From the NCBI GenBank assembly GCA_043228905.1, contig JBHGNT010000012.1:2728001-2792000 (forward strand): a DNA stretch of 64,000 bases, written 5' to 3'. Of the stretch, positions 37,169 to 47,978 are shown one piece after another. This stretch comes from Azolla caroliniana. Lineage: Eukaryota > Plantae > Polypodiophyta. Positions within the stretch are counted from its first letter, which is position 1; each line of letters opens with the position of its first letter. The notes beneath the pieces are model-generated. The model had not been told where the DNA came from, searched no databases, and was given only the letters and a program-made list of their open reading frames with translations. The translations under genes and the position numbers were made by a program.

Positions 37169-37888
37169 AACATGACTTTGGAGTTTTGATTTGTGGAGTT
37201 TATAAAATGTTTGTAACCATTTAACCAATATCTAGGTATCTTATGGTGTAGGTCATATTAAAAGTTAATTAGTTTCATCCAGAGCACTCATGTGCAACCA
37301 TGCTACATGAACCGTTAGAGTTTTGGTTTGTGGAGTCTATAAAATGCTTACAGCCATCTAAAGAGCCCTTCATCTTGCTAGTCCATTGTGGCAAGTTATG
37401 CACATAAACCTGCAAGGAAGAAGGAATTTGTTTGAGTGAAGTATGATAAGATCAAACACTAATATTGATAATAACACGTATGATATGCCATTGAAGTAGT
37501 GGTCACACTATATGGAGACCCAAGATAGAATAGTGAAACTAGAAATTCCGATCACTGGTTTGCTATTAGTCACTCAAGAGTATTTAGAAACGTGTATTTG
37601 ATGTCCGAACACATGTCACGTAAAACATGATGGTATGTCATTGTGAGGTTATTCTCTTTGCCTCATGTTGAGGAAGATAGAATGAATGTATGGGGCAATT
37701 TAAAGAATTGGTTAGTTATCACTTCTAGTATGTCTTAACCTACCAGAAAACACAAGATACAAATTAAAATCATAGTAAATGCTATTTATAATATAACTGA
37801 AGAAGGTCACCAATCTTTGACTCGTCAAGTTGATCAGAATATTAAGAACTCGTGTAACCAAACATAGTGATAATTAATGCATCTACCT

Positions 37889-38698
37889 CAAGGTTGTTAG
37901 GTACGGTATGAATACCATATGTATTTAATGTATTAATACCCGTATAGTACCTCCCAATTTAAAAATACGTTAAATACGTTTTCTTAATATGTTAAATACT
38001 TATAAAATACGTATTTTACGTATAGTATGTTAAATACTTCTAGAAATTTGAAAATGATTTACCTTTCTAAAAAATATCTATAATTGTAAAAAATATCCAT
38101 GTTTACACAATTTTGTGATGTACAATATAGTTCTATATCCTAAAATGCATATAAGACATTTGAACATTTCACATCCTAAAATACTTGTAGTAATATGGAT
38201 GTCGACATTCCCTTATTCTATAAATCAATGTAAGTGTGTATCACGATGTTCTACTTTAAATTGTAATTATTTATAATTATGCTTTATAGATTGAGGAATT
38301 GTCTACGATTATCACACTCATGATAGGTTTTTCTTTTCTTCGTTTTCTTCTTCTTCTTTTTCTATCTACTGTGATTATCACACTCGGGATAGGTTTATGT
38401 CTTCTTTTCTCTCTTCTTCTTCTTCTTCTTCATCATCGTCTCTTCTATTCTTCTTTCTTCCTTCCTTTGGTTTCTTTTTCACTAAAATCTTTTTTTTCTT
38501 TTGCTTTTTGTTAGGGTTTTACTTACATTTTTTTTATAAATACGTATTATACCTGTTTTTTTATAAATACGTTAAATACCGTATTGGACAAATGTACATG
38601 ATATTTGACTGAACAACATTGAGGTATAGTACATACTATACAAATGATGAGGTACTATATGTATTTAAACGTTAAATACGGGTATGTAAACAACAATG
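37889..38698. mobile_element. Non-autonomous hAT-type element
   Basis: 8-bp TSD ATCTACCT (37881-37888, 38699-38706), imperfect TIR CAAGGTTGTT/AACAACAATG, and subterminal AATACG repeats. Confidence 0.78.
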
Positions 38699-39915
38699 AT
38701 CTACCTATAATTTGCAAATGGCAGCTTATGGCCAACAAGATTGCATGCTCAAACATTCCAAGTTCTCTCAAGCTATTGATTGTTGGAATAGGTGTTGTTG
38801 CGGATGGTGATGGTGATGTTTATGATGATGTGGGTGTTGACGTTGAAAACAAAAACACTAATTTGTACTTGCTAACACACTTTGAGAACTCCTCAATCTA
38901 TAGAGTTTGTAAGATCTTTAGCAAATTCTCTTTAAGATCCCCATTATTAAGCCCCAACACCCTCATAAGATTTTTGTGGAAAAGAGTGTGGGAACCCTCA
39001 TATGATACTCAACTAATTGTTTTCCCCATCTGAACCTCATGAAGTGGCACCCACCATCTTTTGCTTTCTTGTCATAGGATTGATTTCTTCATGGTTCTTG
39101 TACCTATTGTTTTTAACCTACACTCTTTTATATTGTTGTTTCTCTCTCGTTTTCCCACTTTTCCTATTTTTGCTACTTTTTGTTTTTTCACCCCTTTGTC
39201 TCTTGCATCTTTTCATTCTCTTGCTTCCCCCCTCTTACTCTTTTGCCCTACTACTTTTCCTCTCTATCCTCATTTCTCTTACATCTCTTCTTAAAGGGTC
39301 TCTTCATCATCGAACAAAACCATATTTGGTCTTACAATCTCAATGTTGTGATGAACAACCAAGTGGCTCTTGGCATTTTGCTTCCTGGCACAATACTTCC
39401 TGCAAATGCCTTTCAAGGAAACATATGCTCACACTTTGATCAATAATATTAATCTCACAGATGATACTAACAACAATAGAAATGATGAACGATCTCTGGA
39501 TCCATTGAAGTTACTCTTTGAGGTGAGTACGGTCAACCTACTAACCCCACTAATTCAATTAACTCCCCCAGCCAACCTCTCTTATCTATCTCTACACCCT
39601 ACACACCAACCTTCCCCCCTCTTCCTACATAACCAAACTAACACCACCCCACATGACCCACTAGTCACTCCCATAATCACCAAGACTTTAGATTCCCAGA
39701 CACCCCATCACCACAATTGTTCAGTACACGTCATACGTAACATGATTCATGAAACATTGACGCTAGCACAAGCACCATTAGAGAAAACGGATATAAAACA
39801 AAAACTTCCTTTAAAGCTCTAGGTCAAAGGCTGCCCCAATGCAAAAGACATTGAAAAAGCTATAAATGTCACTAAAAGTGAGTTTTATAACTCTTCTTTC
39901 CTCTTGAGTTTTTCT

Positions 39916-40178
39916 TGTTGAACACAGTGCTCGGCCACAACCGAGGAATAGGATTAACTCACAGAAAACAGGAAATACAAAATGCACGAAGATAATGGAG
40001 AGAAGAGTACACAGGATGTTTTACGTGGAAAACCCTAAATGGGAAAAACCACGGGAGTCCTCAGACTCCAACTATCACTATAAGCAGAGATGTACAATGG
40101 TGAAGCTACAAGGCAACAACCTTGGGCTCACTGTCTTCGCCACAGGCGGCGGTAATACACTGAGGCAACGACCTCTTC

Positions 40179-40209
<31 letters not shown>

Positions 40210-43200
40210 CTGCTCTCACTTCACTCCCTCTAAATGGAAAACAGAAAAATGAGTAACAACATCAAAACTGTTTGCCCTAAGTCATATTTATACACATATG
40301 ACTTTCGGGCTATTTACAAATATATCCTCAAGGGCCCTTGGCAAACATATTCACAAATATGTCCCCGCATCCGGATCTCTCTCCGGGTACATTCGTCATC
40401 CGGCTCCGTAGCCGGGGTCTTCATCATCCGGCTCCGTAGCCGGGGTCTTCATCATCCGGCTCCGTAGCCGGGTACTCTTCATCCGGCTTCATGCCGGGTA
40501 CTCTTCATCCTCCGGTTCCATAACCGCAACCGGGCTTGCCGTCATTCACCTCCGGACATCCCATCCGGAGGGACCGAAATCCCAACAAACTCCCCCTTCA
40601 CTTCGGCATGGGATGTCTCTCCAATCCGATCCTCTTCCGGCATGCTTCCAGCTTGTCGGGTGTGAGCACCTTGGTCAGCATATCCGACCCGTTCTCGTCC
40701 GTGTGGATCTTCGTCAGCACGAAGTCCTTGTCTTCTATCCTTTCCCGGATCCAGTGGTATCTACGCTGGATGTGTTTCGTCCGGGAATGGTAGGCAGCGT
40801 TCTTTGCAAGGTGGATGGCACTCTGACTGTCGCAGTAGTGTCGGTACTCCTCCTGCCGGATACCGAGCTCTCTCATGAAGTCCTTCATCCATATCATTTC
40901 CTTGCCGGCTTCAACAGCCGCCATGTACTCCGCCTCCGTGGTTGACAGTGCAACCGTCTTCTGCAGCCTCGACTGCCACGACACAGCTCCCCCTGCATAC
41001 GTCATCACATACCCTGATGTGGACCGGCTGGTATCTGCATCAGCCGACATATCCGAATCGGTAAAGCCGTCGAGTTCGGGCTTACCGGAGCCGAATCGGA
41101 GGCACACGTTTGCCGTGCCCTTCAGGTATCGGAGTATCCACTTGACCGCGTTCCAGTGCTCCTTGCCGGGATTGCTCATGTACCGGCTCACCACTCCGAC
41201 TGCATATCCTATGTCCGGTCTGGTACACACCATTGCGTACATCAAGCTTCCGACGGCAGAGGCATATGGTACTTTCATCATGTCCTCCTTCTCAGCCTTT
41301 GTCTTGAGGCTTTGCTTGCTGGACAACTTGCAGTTTGCCGGGAGGGTTGACCCGACCGGTCTTGCTTCCGACATGTTGAACCGGTGAAGCACCTTTGTCA
41401 CGTACTTCTCATGTGACAGCCACAACTGCGTCTTCCTCCGGTCCCGGATGATGTGCATCCCTAGTATTTGCCTCGCCGGACCCAAGTCCTTCATTGAGAA
41501 GGTTCGGTGAAGAGCCTTCTTCAGCATCCGTATCTTGACCTGGTCCCGTCCGACGATCAACATGTCGTCCACGTACAGGAGGAGTATAAGAAAGTCTCCT
41601 CCTTCGAACTTCTTCACAAATACGCAGTGATCGGACTGCGTTTTGTGGTACCCTTCGTCGGTCATGAAGGAGTCGAACTTCCGGTACCACTGCCGGGGAG
41701 CCTGCTTCAGTCCGTAAAGGCTCTTCTTCAACCGGCATACCAGGTGCTTCTTCCCTTTCTTCTCGAATCCTTCCGGTTGCTGCATGTAGATCTCTTCTTC
41801 GAGGTCACCGTGAAGGAATGCCGTCTTCACGTCCATCTGTTCTACCTCGAGGTCCATGCTTGCCGCTATGCTCAGCACCGTCCGGATGGAGGTCATCTTC
41901 ACTACCGGGGCAAATATCTCGTCGAAGTCAACGCCCTTCTTCTGCTGGAACCCCTTCACCACGATCCTGGCTTTGTATCTCGGGGGGTTTCCGGCATCTC
42001 CGGGTTTCAGCTTGAACACCCACTTGTTTCGAAGTGCCCGCTTTCCTTTCGGCAACTCCACAAGTTCATATGTGTGGTTCTCATGCAGGGAATCCATCTC
42101 CTCCTGCATGGCACTTAACCACCTGCGGCTATGGGTGTCAAGCTTTGCTTCTTCAAAACTCTCCGGCTCCCCCTCGTCGGTTAGCAGCACGTGCTCTGGT
42201 TCTGGAAATCTCCGGGGGGCCCTTCTCTCTCTTAGAGGATATCTCCGTTCCGGTGCTTCGGTAACCGGCTCCTCCGTTTCCTCTTCATCCGAATCCATTT
42301 CGGGATCGGGGCCAGTTCCGGTATCAGTTTCATCTTCCTCGGCCGGTTCTGTTTCTTCACCGTCTTCGGCCGGATCCTCGAGTGCTAACCGGTCCCTTGC
42401 CGGTCGGGACTGCTCCTCGTAGAGTTGATCCTCACCGGTCGACTTGGAGCTCTTCATCTTCTTCTCCGACTCCCAGTCGGCGAGTGTTTTGTCCTCCATG
42501 AAGATGATATCACGACTCCGGAATATCTTTTTGTCGACCGGGTCCCATACTCGGTAGCCGAACTCGTCGTCGCCGTAACCGAGGAATATGCATGGTCGGG
42601 TCTTTGGATCTAACTTTCCCCTCCGGTCCTTTGCCACATGCACGTATGCAAGACACCCGAACACCTTTAGATGCCTGTAGGACACTTCCTTACCGGTCCA
42701 CACTCTCTGTGGCGTGTCTCCATCCAGGGGTACTGAGGGTGATCTATTTATCACATATGTCGCCGTCGACATTGCCTTAGCCCAAAATCCCTTGGGTAAT
42801 TTCGCATGTGCTAGCATACTCCAGACCCTCTCCATTATGGTCCGGTTCATCCTCTCGGCCAGCCTGTTCAGTTCCGGCGTCTTCGGCACAGTAAACTCGA
42901 GCCGGATTCCCTTCGAGCGACAGTACTCCGCGAACTGCCCTCGGTATTCCCCTCCGTTATCCGCTCGTATCGCTTTCAGCTTCCTGCCGGATTCTCTTTC
43001 CACTCTCGCGTGGAGTTCTCTGAAGACGCACAACACTTGGTCCTTTGTCTTCAACGGTGCCGTCCACAGCTTCCGACTGTGGTCATCAATGAATGCCACG
43101 AAGTACTGGGCTCCGCCATGTGACTTTGTTTCTACTTGACACACGTCAGTGTGCACCAACTCCAATGGTGCGCTACGTCTCGTCGGTGGCCTTGAGTGGA

Positions 43201-44965
43201 AGGAGGTTCGGTTCTGCTTACCGGCCAGGCAATCGGTGCACTTCTCCAGGTGCACATGCTTCACTGGAATAAGGTTGTCTTCTGCAAGCCTCTTCATCCC
43301 CTTCTCGCTCATGTGGCACAGTCTCTTGTGCCATAGCTCACCGGCAGTGTCAGCTGCCACGTTCAGCTCCTCCGGACATAGTTGGGAATTCATCAGGTAC
43401 AGTGTGTTGACCTTCCGGGCCCGAGCCACTATCAGGCTCCCTTTGCTGAACTTCATGACACCGTTCCGGATGCTACCCGTGTAGCCTTCATCGTCTAGCC
43501 TCCCGGCCGAAATCAGGTTCAATCGAACCTCCGGAACGTGTCGGACATTCTTCAGCAGCATCTTGCATCCGGTTGATGTCATCAGCCACACGTCTCCTAT
43601 GCCGGCAATCCGGCATGTACCTTCATTTCCCATCCGGACACAGCCGTGCTCACCGGCTGTGTAGGATGAGAAGTATTTCTTCTCCGGGGTCAGGTGGAAC
43701 GACGCTCCGGAATCGACCACCCAGGTCATCTCTTCACCGGCAAGGATCAGCTCCCTCTCTTCGGTAATGAGCATTATCTCTTCTTCACTTGCCGCGAGTG
43801 CCGTCGTTCCTTTCCGGTCCTGCCCTCGCCGATCCGGACCTCTCCGGTCCGTGGCTCCCCGGTATGCACCGTTTCGCTCCGGTGACTTCTTCGAATCAGT
43901 ATCGTCGGCTCCGTTGTCTTTTCGGTAATGCCGACAGTTCTTTCGAAAGTGCCCCGGCTTCCCACAGTGGAAGCATGTGGGCCTTCCTCTTGACTGCGAC
44001 CGGGTCCCCGACTTCTCCCGTCTTTGCGGACTCCGGTTCCGCTGTCTTCCCCGATCCGATTCGGTAAGCAACATCTTCGGATCGGAGGCCGGTTCTTTAT
44101 CTCTCCGACGCGCTTCTTCGTTCAAAATGCTTGTCTTTACCGTTTGTAAGGACAAGTTATCTTCGGTGCAGGAGGTGCTGAGAGTCACCACTAAGTTCTC
44201 CCAGCTTTCCGGCAACGTACACATCAGGATGATGGCTTGCATTGCATCCTCCAACGGGAACTTGATCGCCGCAAGCTGGTTCACGAATCCCATGAACGTG
44301 CTTACGTGTTCCACCATACTCTCGCCGTCCCGGTACTTGAGGTTCACTATCTTCCTCATCAGGGAGGTCCGGTTCAACGCATTCTTCCTCTCGTAGAGGC
44401 CCGACAGCTTCCGCCACATCTCATATGCGTTGGTGTCGTTCGCCACATGTTGCAGAACACTTACATCGACATATTGCCGGATCGTCGCTACGGCTTTCCG
44501 GTTCAGGAGCTTCCACTCCGACTCTATTACTCCCTTGGGTATCTCGGCATTGTCGATCGGTTCGTACAGGTCTCGGACGATGAGAAGGTCTTCCATCTTT
44601 ATCTTCCAGTCGGCGTAGTTCTGTGAGTTCAACACCATCATGCCCGGAGGCCCACTACCGCCGCCTTCCATTTTCTGTGTTACCGTCGCTCTGATACCAC
44701 TTTGTTGAACACAGTGCTCGGCCACAACCGAGGAATAGGATTAACTCACAGAAAACAGGAAATACAAAATGCACGAAGATAATGGAGAGAAGAGTACACA
44801 GGATGTTTTACGTGGAAAACCCTAAATGGGAAAAACCACGGGAGTCCTCAGACTCCAACTATCACTATAAGCAGAGATGTACAATGGTGAAGCTACAAGG
44901 CAACAACCTTGGGCTCACTGTCTTCGCCACAGGCGGCGGTAATACACTGAGGCAACGACCTCTTC

Positions 44966-44998
<33 letters not shown>

Positions 44999-45348
44999 CT
45001 GCTCTCACTTCACTCCCTCTAAATGGAAAACAGAAAAATGAGTAACAACATCAAAATTGTTTGCCCTAAGTCATATTTATACACATATGACTTTCGGGCT
45101 ATTTACAAATATATCCTCAAGGGCCCTTGGCAAACATATTCACAAATATGTCCCCGCATCCGGATCTCTCTCCGGGTACATTCGTCATCCGGCTCCGTAG
45201 CCGGGGTCTTCATCATCCGGCTCCGTAGCCGGGTACTCTTCATCCGGCTTCATGCCGGGTACTCTTCATCCTCCGGTTCCGTAACCGCAACCGGGCTTGC
45301 CGTCATTCACCTCCGGACATCCCATCCGGAGGGACCGAAATCCCAACA
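39916..45348 (-). mobile_element. Intact young Copia (Tnt1/Tork-like)
   Basis: LTRs at 39916-40587 and 44703-45348 (about 2 substitutions, a 28-bp repeat-unit indel, a CT-length difference), TSD TTTCT, Met PBS TGGTATCAGAGC, and PPT. Confidence 0.97.
40598..44671 (-). CDS. Copia Gag-Pol polyprotein (1357 aa from the first ATG after the PBS)
   Basis: CFHCGKPGHFRKNC, WVVDSGAS, GAG-pre-integrase, VHTD/ADNGGE integrase, YVDD RT and CDSQSA RNaseH motifs; no stops. Confidence 0.95.
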   Translation of the reverse strand: MEGGGSGPPGMMVLNSQNYADWKIKMEDLLIVRDLYEPIDNAEIPKGVIESEWKLLNRKAVATIRQYVDVSVLQHVANDTNAYEMWRKLSGLYERKNALNRTSLMRKIVNLKYRDGESMVEHVSTFMGFVNQLAAIKFPLEDAMQAIILMCTLPESWENLVVTLSTSCTEDNLSLQTVKTSILNEEARRRDKEPASDPKMLLTESDRGRQRNRSPQRREKSGTRSQSRGRPTCFHCGKPGHFRKNCRHYRKDNGADDTDSKKSPERNGAYRGATDRRGPDRRGQDRKGTTALAASEEEIMLITEERELILAGEEMTWVVDSGASFHLTPEKKYFSSYTAGEHGCVRMGNEGTCRIAGIGDVWLMTSTGCKMLLKNVRHVPEVRLNLISAGRLDDEGYTGSIRNGVMKFSKGSLIVARARKVNTLYLMNSQLCPEELNVAADTAGELWHKRLCHMSEKGMKRLAEDNLIPVKHVHLEKCTDCLAGKQNRTSFHSRPPTRRSAPLELVHTDVCQVETKSHGGAQYFVAFIDDHSRKLWTAPLKTKDQVLCVFRELHARVERESGRKLKAIRADNGGEYRGQFAEYCRSKGIRLEFTVPKTPELNRLAERMNRTIMERVWSMLAHAKLPKGFWAKAMSTATYVINRSPSVPLDGDTPQRVWTGKEVSYRHLKVFGCLAYVHVAKDRRGKLDPKTRPCIFLGYGDDEFGYRVWDPVDKKIFRSRDIIFMEDKTLADWESEKKMKSSKSTGEDQLYEEQSRPARDRLALEDPAEDGEETEPAEEDETDTGTGPDPEMDSDEEETEEPVTEAPERRYPLRERRAPRRFPEPEHVLLTDEGEPESFEEAKLDTHSRRWLSAMQEEMDSLHENHTYELVELPKGKRALRNKWVFKLKPGDAGNPPRYKARIVVKGFQQKKGVDFDEIFAPVVKMTSIRTVLSIAASMDLEVEQMDVKTAFLHGDLEEEIYMQQPEGFEKKGKKHLVCRLKKSLYGLKQAPRQWYRKFDSFMTDEGYHKTQSDHCVFVKKFEGGDFLILLLYVDDMLIVGRDQVKIRMLKKALHRTFSMKDLGPARQILGMHIIRDRRKTQLWLSHEKYVTKVLHRFNMSEARPVGSTLPANCKLSSKQSLKTKAEKEDMMKVPYASAVGSLMYAMVCTRPDIGYAVGVVSRYMSNPGKEHWNAVKWILRYLKGTANVCLRFGSGKPELDGFTDSDMSADADTSRSTSGYVMTYAGGAVSWQSRLQKTVALSTTEAEYMAAVEAGKEMIWMKDFMRELGIRQEEYRHYCDSQSAIHLAKNAAYHSRTKHIQRRYHWIRERIEDKDFVLTKIHTDENGSDMLTKVLTPDKLEACRKRIGLERHPMPK

Positions 45349-45949
45349 TTTCTCTCTTCTTGTAACCTAAGCTTGAGTTCTCTCCCCCCATTTCTTTAAT
45401 CTTTCACTGGAGTGTGTAGAGTGATTAAGCTTAAGCACTATTAGTTATACTCTTATCATTACTCCTTTTGTATATGTGTGTTGGGAACTCTTATATTAAT
45501 CAAGACAAGGTCATCATTAACACATATATTGTTTGTCTTTAATTATATATGTGTAAGTGTAATTTTTAAGCTCTTCATATCACTTAATTAGTCTCTTAAT
45601 TAAGAGTTAAGTCAAGGAACTGTGAATATGCGTTCGTGAGGTTAGGGTAGCATAACTAAAGGCTCAAGAGTGATTGACAACCACTCTTGCCCAGTTTGCT
45701 ACCAGTAGCTCACAACATTGACATGATGGGTAGAACTTCATCGATCAATAGACGTGCTCTCAATGGCGTGCACCTTGAGACGACCCAACTACAAGTACCC
45801 TCTCACCCATTTCATCTCGTGAAATTGCATTGGTGATTAGACACCGCCTCTATAATCTATCTCCTTATAAGAAAAATCATTTTGATGACTTGCCTCTCAC
45901 ACACTTCATCCTAGAATAGACCAAAGAACTCAGCAAAACCCCACTACTT

Positions 45950-47978
45950 GACCGAGCTAGCCGGAAGAATAGACCAAAGAACCAATCAGTCGAGAAGGAG
46001 GATCGATAATCGACAACGGTTGAAGTCGAGGAATAGTTGATCAAATGCTTTTTGCACCCATTTCAGAAAGTTTGGTCACGATGCCTCCGACTGTTGGTTG
46101 ATCAAGAAGAAGGAGAATGGTCGGCGATTTGAGGGGAATCCATGACAATCCAATTTGAATCGTTCACCCATTGGCAACCAAGTTAATGTTGCCGAATCCT
46201 GATCAGGAGAAATCCTCTCTTTGGAATCATTGACTGACGAAATCCTATACAATGCGCAAGACGCGAAAACGTGGCGGCTGGACTCCAGTGCCACATTTCA
46301 CGTGAACTATTCAAGTGGAGCCCGTGGCACAATCCAACTTGGAAATGGGTAGGGGTGCGCAATAAGAGGGATCAAAGAGGTCCTCATCCAATTGCCAAAC
46401 GGCAATACCATCACCTTGCACCATGTTCGGCACATACCTGCGCTAAAAAGGAGTCTGGTCTCCATCGCATGTTAGCTGAAGCCAGGTACAGAATGACTCT
46501 CAATGAGTCATCATGGACGATCAGCCGAGGAAATCTGAAGATCAGGAATAGATACAAGTACAATAAATTGTACCCATTGATGACGATCAGTCCAGAAGGG
46601 GTCATGAACATAGCCAAATCGCAAGACACAAACCTCTGGAATGGCCGACTTGGTTACATGTCACAAGCCGAACTAGACCAATTGATGGGCTACATCCTGA
46701 AGCTCTAGACAAAGACGGGCTTCTATGAGCATTGTCGTTACAGTAAATAGACCTGAAGTCCACACTCTCTCCACTACAAGTCGGTACATCAGCCCCTAGA
46801 ACTGGTTCATACAAATATTGTGGACCAATGCCCGAAAGGTCACGAGGAGGCTCTTGGTACTTCATCACATTCGTAGATGACTGTACACGAAAGGTCTGGG
46901 CCTACTCGATGAGGTCAAAAGACGAAGCGCTTGCGGTCTTCTCTCAGTGGTTAGCCGAAGTAGAGAACCGATTAGGACACCGAGTGAAGACACTCCGATC
47001 CGACAATGGAGGGGAATACACCTCCCGAGCCTTTAAACAGTACCTGTCTGAAAAAGGAATCCGATATCAAAAGATTGTTCCCTATACTCCTATGCAAAAA
47101 GGCATGGCAGAATGGATCAACCGGACGATCCAAGAGAGAATGACGGCAATGCTCCAACACTCCGGGCTATAGATGAAATTCTAGGCCAAGGCATTGCAGA
47201 TGACCATTTATTTGATAAATCTATCACCATCGAGGGCAGCACGACTCGAAGTGTCATAGGCACACTATGGTCAAGCAAACAACCGACCTACAACAGGCTC
47301 TGCATATTCGGAAGTGAAGCTTATGCCTTCATTCCTGGGGACAAAAGGACCAACTTGGCTCCCCATGCAACAAAGTGCATATTTCTTGGTTATAGAACTG
47401 ATGGGGACTTCGGCTATCGGCTATGGGACCCAGAGAACCGGAAACTGATCCAGAGTAGTGACGTAGACTTGAATGAAGATTGGATTCTCTCCAAACAAAA
47501 CCAACTGAAAACGGTCGGCAAAAAGGTTTCCTTCGAAATCAATAGAGATGTCATAGAAGGTCCAACCCACTGGGCCGAATCGGAGATTCGACAAACAGTC
47601 GAAATCGATCGAGCCAATGACGCCCTTACCGAATCCGAATCGGCTAGAGGTCCACCAGTCGAAGTTGATTCGATTACGACATTGATAAGAGGCAAAAACA
47701 ACAAGGTTGACATGACCAACTCACCCAAACAGGCTAAGGTGACAAAAGGCTGAGCCGAATCGGCCAAGGCACAAATTCCTCTATCAATCAATCCCGAAGA
47801 AGGGGAGGATGACCAAACATCGCCAGAATCCTATTCCAGGGCCGAGTCATCACACAAGACTCCTAAAGATGGTTCAAGAAATACCAATTGAACAAAGATG
47901 ATCGAAGAATCTAAGCTAAAGATCTCGGAACCCAGGAGATCCAGACGAGCTTGACGACCGACAAAGTTTTATCAATCG
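45950..47978 (+). pseudogene. Decayed Copia fragment C (knuckle, protease, integrase)
   Basis: WRLDSSA, YFITFVDDCTRKVW, LRSDNGGEY and KCIFLGY motifs. Cut by Copia B at 47979. Confidence 0.82.

Noticed and set aside
38299-39822. Hydrophobic F/L/S-rich ORFs
   Set aside because: Products of pyrimidine-rich low-complexity DNA.
40875-44626. Many + strand ORFs of 60-200 aa
   Set aside because: Antisense shadows of the GC-rich Copia polyprotein.
44672-44725. N-terminal 18 aa of the 1375-aa ORF
   Set aside because: Starts at a GTG inside the LTR and crosses the PBS. The ATG at 44671 is more plausible.
38980-45717. Possible older LTR serving as target of the intact Copia (TATA at ~39861, CACAACA end at 45717)
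   Set aside because: No 5' boundary, TSD or PBS could be established.
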